Part shown: in pieces, positions 60,085 through 64,000 of the stretch
Numbering within the stretch: position 1 is the stretch's first letter
Layout: each line of letters begins with the position of its first letter
DNA from: Eledone cirrhosa
Taxonomy: Eukaryota
NCBI GenBank assembly: GCA_964016885.1
Contig: OZ024745.1
Location: 20,894,001 to 20,958,000 of the forward strand
Length of the DNA: 64,000 nt
Reading direction: 5' to 3'
Notes under the pieces: generated by a model
The model's input: the letters and a program-made list of their open reading frames with translations, nothing else
The model's database searches: none
What the model was told of the DNA's origin: nothing
Made by a program: the position numbers and the translations under genes

Positions 60085-60445
60085 TTCTTTATTAGCCACA
60101 AGGGCGCAACAAGAAAGGGGACAATACAAAGACATGCCGGGGATTTTACATACAGTCGTGTAAAAAATATAAAAACAAACAATTTCAACAATCGAAATAC
60201 CCAATAGGGGGGAGGCGCCACACATGGGTTGTTTAATACCCCGTCGATAGAACAACCCTCAACTCAAGGAGCGTGTTGTGCAAGTGCTCCTTTCTTCCTT
60301 TTGCTCTCTTCCTCAACCTACAGGCTTATAAACAGAGAAGGCCCAATCACTCGGGCCATTTTCGCTTCATTCACCCACCTTTCAGTAAATTTACTGGGGT
60401 GCAGTGCCTCTCTCTCCACCCTGATTCTCCTTCTAAAGTGATACT
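59850..60445 (-). mobile_element. Two LINE 3' ends (probably Tx1/L1-like) ending in AATAAAGAAAT plus (TATC)n
   Basis: atttctttattagccaca next to (GATA)n at both ~59860 and ~60083; minus strand RVEREALHPSKFTERWVNEAKMARV resembles an ORF2 C-terminus. Confidence 0.5.
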
Positions 60446-60551
60446 TAAAGAATGGAAAGATAGATATACATATATATATGTAGTTATATATATATATACT
60501 CTTTTCCTCTGTTACCTCTTCCAGCTATGTATATATAAATATGTATATCTA

Positions 60552-60589
<38 letters not shown>

Positions 60590-61104
60590 TCTGTGTGTTG
60601 TATATATCTATATATTTGTGTGTTTGTGTGTGTGTCTGTCGGGGTCTATGTTTACGCTTGCGTCTGTGTGTATGTCCAGTAACTTAGCCCTTCGATAAAA
60701 GAGATCGATAGAATAAATACTAGACATGAAAATAATAAATAGAAAGGTCGCTATGTTCGACTAAATAAACACGATTGATCAACATGTCTGCTGTCTAATA
60801 AGTGAAACCAGTAAAATAATAAATAAGAACTAAGACAGGAAAATAAGTATTTTAGTGTGATTCGTTGACGTTTCGAGAGGTTGGCTGATTTAATATATGA
60901 GTCGTTTTCATGAGAAATCAACTAAAAGCTTTGATGTTATTTTGGAATTCGTTCTACCTTCTTATTTAAAAGTTATTCTCATTACAGCGTTTGTAATTTT
61001 ACTTTTGTGCATTTCATTTTTGATCGTGTCTTTTCTTTCGTATGGCTCCTCCGTTGTCTATCATTTTAGCTGGCTTTTTAAACGACATTATATATTACTT
61101 ACTT

Positions 61105-61493
61105 GGTGGTGAATTGGCAGTATTGGTAGAGGGTCAGACATGCTTTCCAGCGTAGTTACGTCCCTTTACGATCTGAGTTCAAATCCCGCCGAGGTTAACT
61201 TTGCCTTTCATCCTTACGGGGTCGATAAAATAAAGTACCAGTAATACACTGGGTAATTGCTGGCCTTGTGCCAAAAGTAGAAACAATTATATATTACTTA
61301 CAAGGGTGGCGGATTAGCAGTATCGGTAGAGGGTCGGACGCCATGCTTTCCAGCATAGTTACGTCCCTTTATGATCTGAGTTCAAATCCCGCCGAGGTTG
61401 ACTTTGCCTTTCCTCCTTACGGAGTCGATAAAATAAAGTACCAGTAATGCACTGGGATAATTGCTGGCCTTGTGCCAAAAGTAGAAACAATTA
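61105..61493 (+). mobile_element. Two tandem SINE copies
   Basis: Target attatatattacttac present before, between and (with an extra A) after the two copies. Confidence 0.9.
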
Positions 61494-61509
61494 TATATAT
61501 ACTTACACA

Positions 61510-61611
<102 letters not shown>

Positions 61612-61750
61612 GTTCAAGAGTAACCAATCTTAAAGAGAGATAGGAGAGGAGATATGAGAGGAGAGATTGGTGAGTTAGTTAGAAGCCAAAGCGTAAAGGC
61701 ATGTGCTCAATGTGCAATATGCAGTAGAAAGCAGCTAGGTGGCTGGGTTC

Positions 61751-62415
61751 ATACTCACATATATTAGCCCACACTCTAACCACCCACCGGCAGTCATCAG
61801 AGCAGTAATCAAATCTATCTCCTATAGGATCTCAATGCTATCAGCAAATGAGGAGATATTTATAAACCACGCACAATATTATAATAAGGCTCTCTCTGAA
61901 TCTGGTTATAAACAATCAATTTATTACATACCTAAATGCCATAACACAGCAATTCACCATAATAAACTTAACACTAGAACTAGAAATACCTTAGCATATA
62001 GCCAGATTCGCGGAATTTTAGCAGTAACAGCACCTATACAGGGAACTTTAATGGTGGCAGCGGCCTGCTCCCCACTCCAAGTAGCAAACTAAAAATCAAC
62101 CCTAAAATAGGAATGAGAAATGGGATGACAAATAACAAATCCCCAGGTAATAATAACCCTAGGAAGGCCCCTACCAACTCCACTAGAACCCCTAGAAGGA
62201 ATAGACCTAGAAATATCACCTGGCTTAACCCCCCATTCTCATCTAATCTAGCCACTAATATCCCCAAACGCTTCTTCTCTATCCTATCTAAACACTTTCC
62301 CCCAACCATAGATATTACAAACTCTTTAATAAAAATAACATTAAAATCTCATTCTCCACAACACCCAACCTAGCTAGCCACATCGCGTTCAGTAACCATC
62401 ATAAGCTAAGACATT
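61751..62415 (+). pseudogene. Penelope-like element thumb/linker remnant (NPP-type lineage)
   Basis: YISPHSNHPPAVIRAVIKSISYRISMLSANEEIF...YYNKALSESGY and RNITWLNPPFSSNLATNIPKRFFSILSKHFPP..YKLFNKNNIKISFS. Confidence 0.85.
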
Positions 62416-62743
62416 ATAACTCCCACACCGCGGTACCACCACCCCTATCAAATTACCTCCCTTACATTGTCTCTCAATTAAAAATTAGCACTTAACTATA
62501 AACACCCACAATTTCTAATCTCTCGAGAAGTTACTTCCTCTGAAACCACCCTCTAATTTGTAAGGTAAATATGACCTTTGGCAGCCATCTTGTTACCCAT
62601 AGGCAGATCTCACACAATGCAGCCTCGACAGATGAATACTGCTTGATTATGGCTGACAACTGATGCAACCAATACACCATAGTAAAAACCAATATATGGA
62701 ACATTATATTATGTAACATTATCTCATTATTTTAATCTATAAA

Positions 62744-62934
62744 AGGGCGGTGGATTGGCAGTATTGGTAGAGGGTCGGACGCCATGTTTTCCAGCATAGT
62801 TACGTCCCTTTATGATCTGAGTTCAAATCCCGCCGAGGTTGACTTTGCCTTTCATCCTTACGGGGTCGATAAAATAAAGTACCAGTAATGCACTGGGTAA
62901 TTGCTGGCCTTGTGCCTAAAGTAGAAACAATTAT
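62744..62934 (+). mobile_element. tRNA-derived SINE inserted in the PLE 3' region
   Basis: 16-bp TSD attattttaatctata at 62726-62741 and 62930-62945. Confidence 0.92.
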
Positions 62935-62955
62935 TTTAATCTATATTCCTTTGAA

Positions 62956-63075
62956 GTTCTGATGAGCCGCTCTATCTTTTAAATATGTTAATTATTTTCA
63001 ACTGAACCAGACCAATTATGATATATAGTCATCTGATCCAGAAATATTATATGGAGTAGCGAAACAATTGTAAAC
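62956..63075 (+). ncRNA. Type I hammerhead with ~95-nt stem II domain, downstream of the PLE remnant
   Basis: GTT-CTGATGA-GCCGCTCTAT...ATGGAGTAGC-GAAAC-AATT-GTA-AAC. Confidence 0.78.
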
Positions 63076-63215
63076 GGACATTATTATTATTAATATTATT
63101 ATTATTATTCTGTACATTCCTTACATCAAACTAAAATATGTTGACAATCTTTTAATAATGTCTTCCTTGTGAAATTTGTAGTCTTGTTGTGCTTAACTAA
63201 TGAATATATATATAA

Positions 63216-63273
<58 letters not shown>

Positions 63274-63276
<3 letters not shown>

Positions 63277-63469
63277 AACGAGTAGGACCCCGACGGCTGA
63301 GCTCAAGCCGTTTCGACGGCTAATTCTGGACTAGTCCAGAATTAGCCGTCGAAACGGCTTGAGCTCAGCCGTCGGGGTCCTACTCGTTCCTATTACTCAC
63401 TCTACTACCCTAAGTATTGAGTACTTTGGTGCGTTATGGTCCACCTGGTTCCTTACCACATTTCCTTCG

Positions 63470-63471
<2 letters not shown>
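63274..63471 (+). mobile_element. Family A perfect palindrome plus tail
   Basis: 59-bp arms with no loop, centred at 63332/63333; 80-bp tail; (TA)n flanks. Confidence 0.92.
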
Positions 63472-63518
<47 letters not shown>

Positions 63519-63803
63519 AGTATGGTATTCGAAGGCTACGACAATGCAAAATGAACGGTAGATTTTGGAATAAACTGAAGGTAACGAATATGTTAGTGGG
63601 TCACATGTTATTTTATTTACCTGTCCTAATATTTCGGGTCTACAATCCCTTCATCATAAGAGTATAATGAAAAACTGGCTCGACGTTCGTGTTTTCATTG
63701 CTATTATACAAATGTTATTTGATCAACACATTCAACAGAGAAACAACATTGACGAACTCGAACGGACCATATACATATATATACAAATATATATATATAT
63801 ATT

Positions 63804-63879
<76 letters not shown>

Positions 63880-64000
63880 TTTGTTTGTCTGTGTATATAT
63901 ATATATATATATATATCAGCTAAGTTTTTAATATATGTGATATAAGACCTTATATAAAAAGCTAATCAACGTTCTCTATCACTTCCAGGCCGGCTGCATT

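Overview
AT-rich, microsatellite-saturated eukaryotic DNA. The SINE content and repeat texture look like an octopod (Octopus-type) genome, which is an inference. No intact protein-coding gene is visible, and nearly all tracked ORFs are translations of simple repeats. Recognisable content: a full-length but decayed hAT/Charlie-Buster transposon with perfect 8-bp TSD (31866-35401), three Penelope-like element (PLE) coding remnants, RTE, R4/Dong-like and probable Tx1 LINE remnants, about 15 copies of a tRNA-derived SINE, several MITEs, Helitron termini in inverted arrangement (57135-59042), and a possible 5' end of a minus-strand gene (about 12750 to 11085). The most striking signal is that many (TA)n tracts are interrupted by short non-coding cassettes from more than ten sequence-unrelated families. 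They share one design: an inverted repeat plus a one-sided unique tail, usually carrying a type I hammerhead ribozyme fold with a palindromic stem III and often a greatly enlarged stem II. Within a family the two arms of one copy share variants absent from other copies, so the hairpin appears to be rebuilt from one template at each insertion. This points to a diverse (TA)n-targeting population of PLE-derived, ribozyme-bearing hairpin elements. All structures were read by eye and none has been tested computationally.
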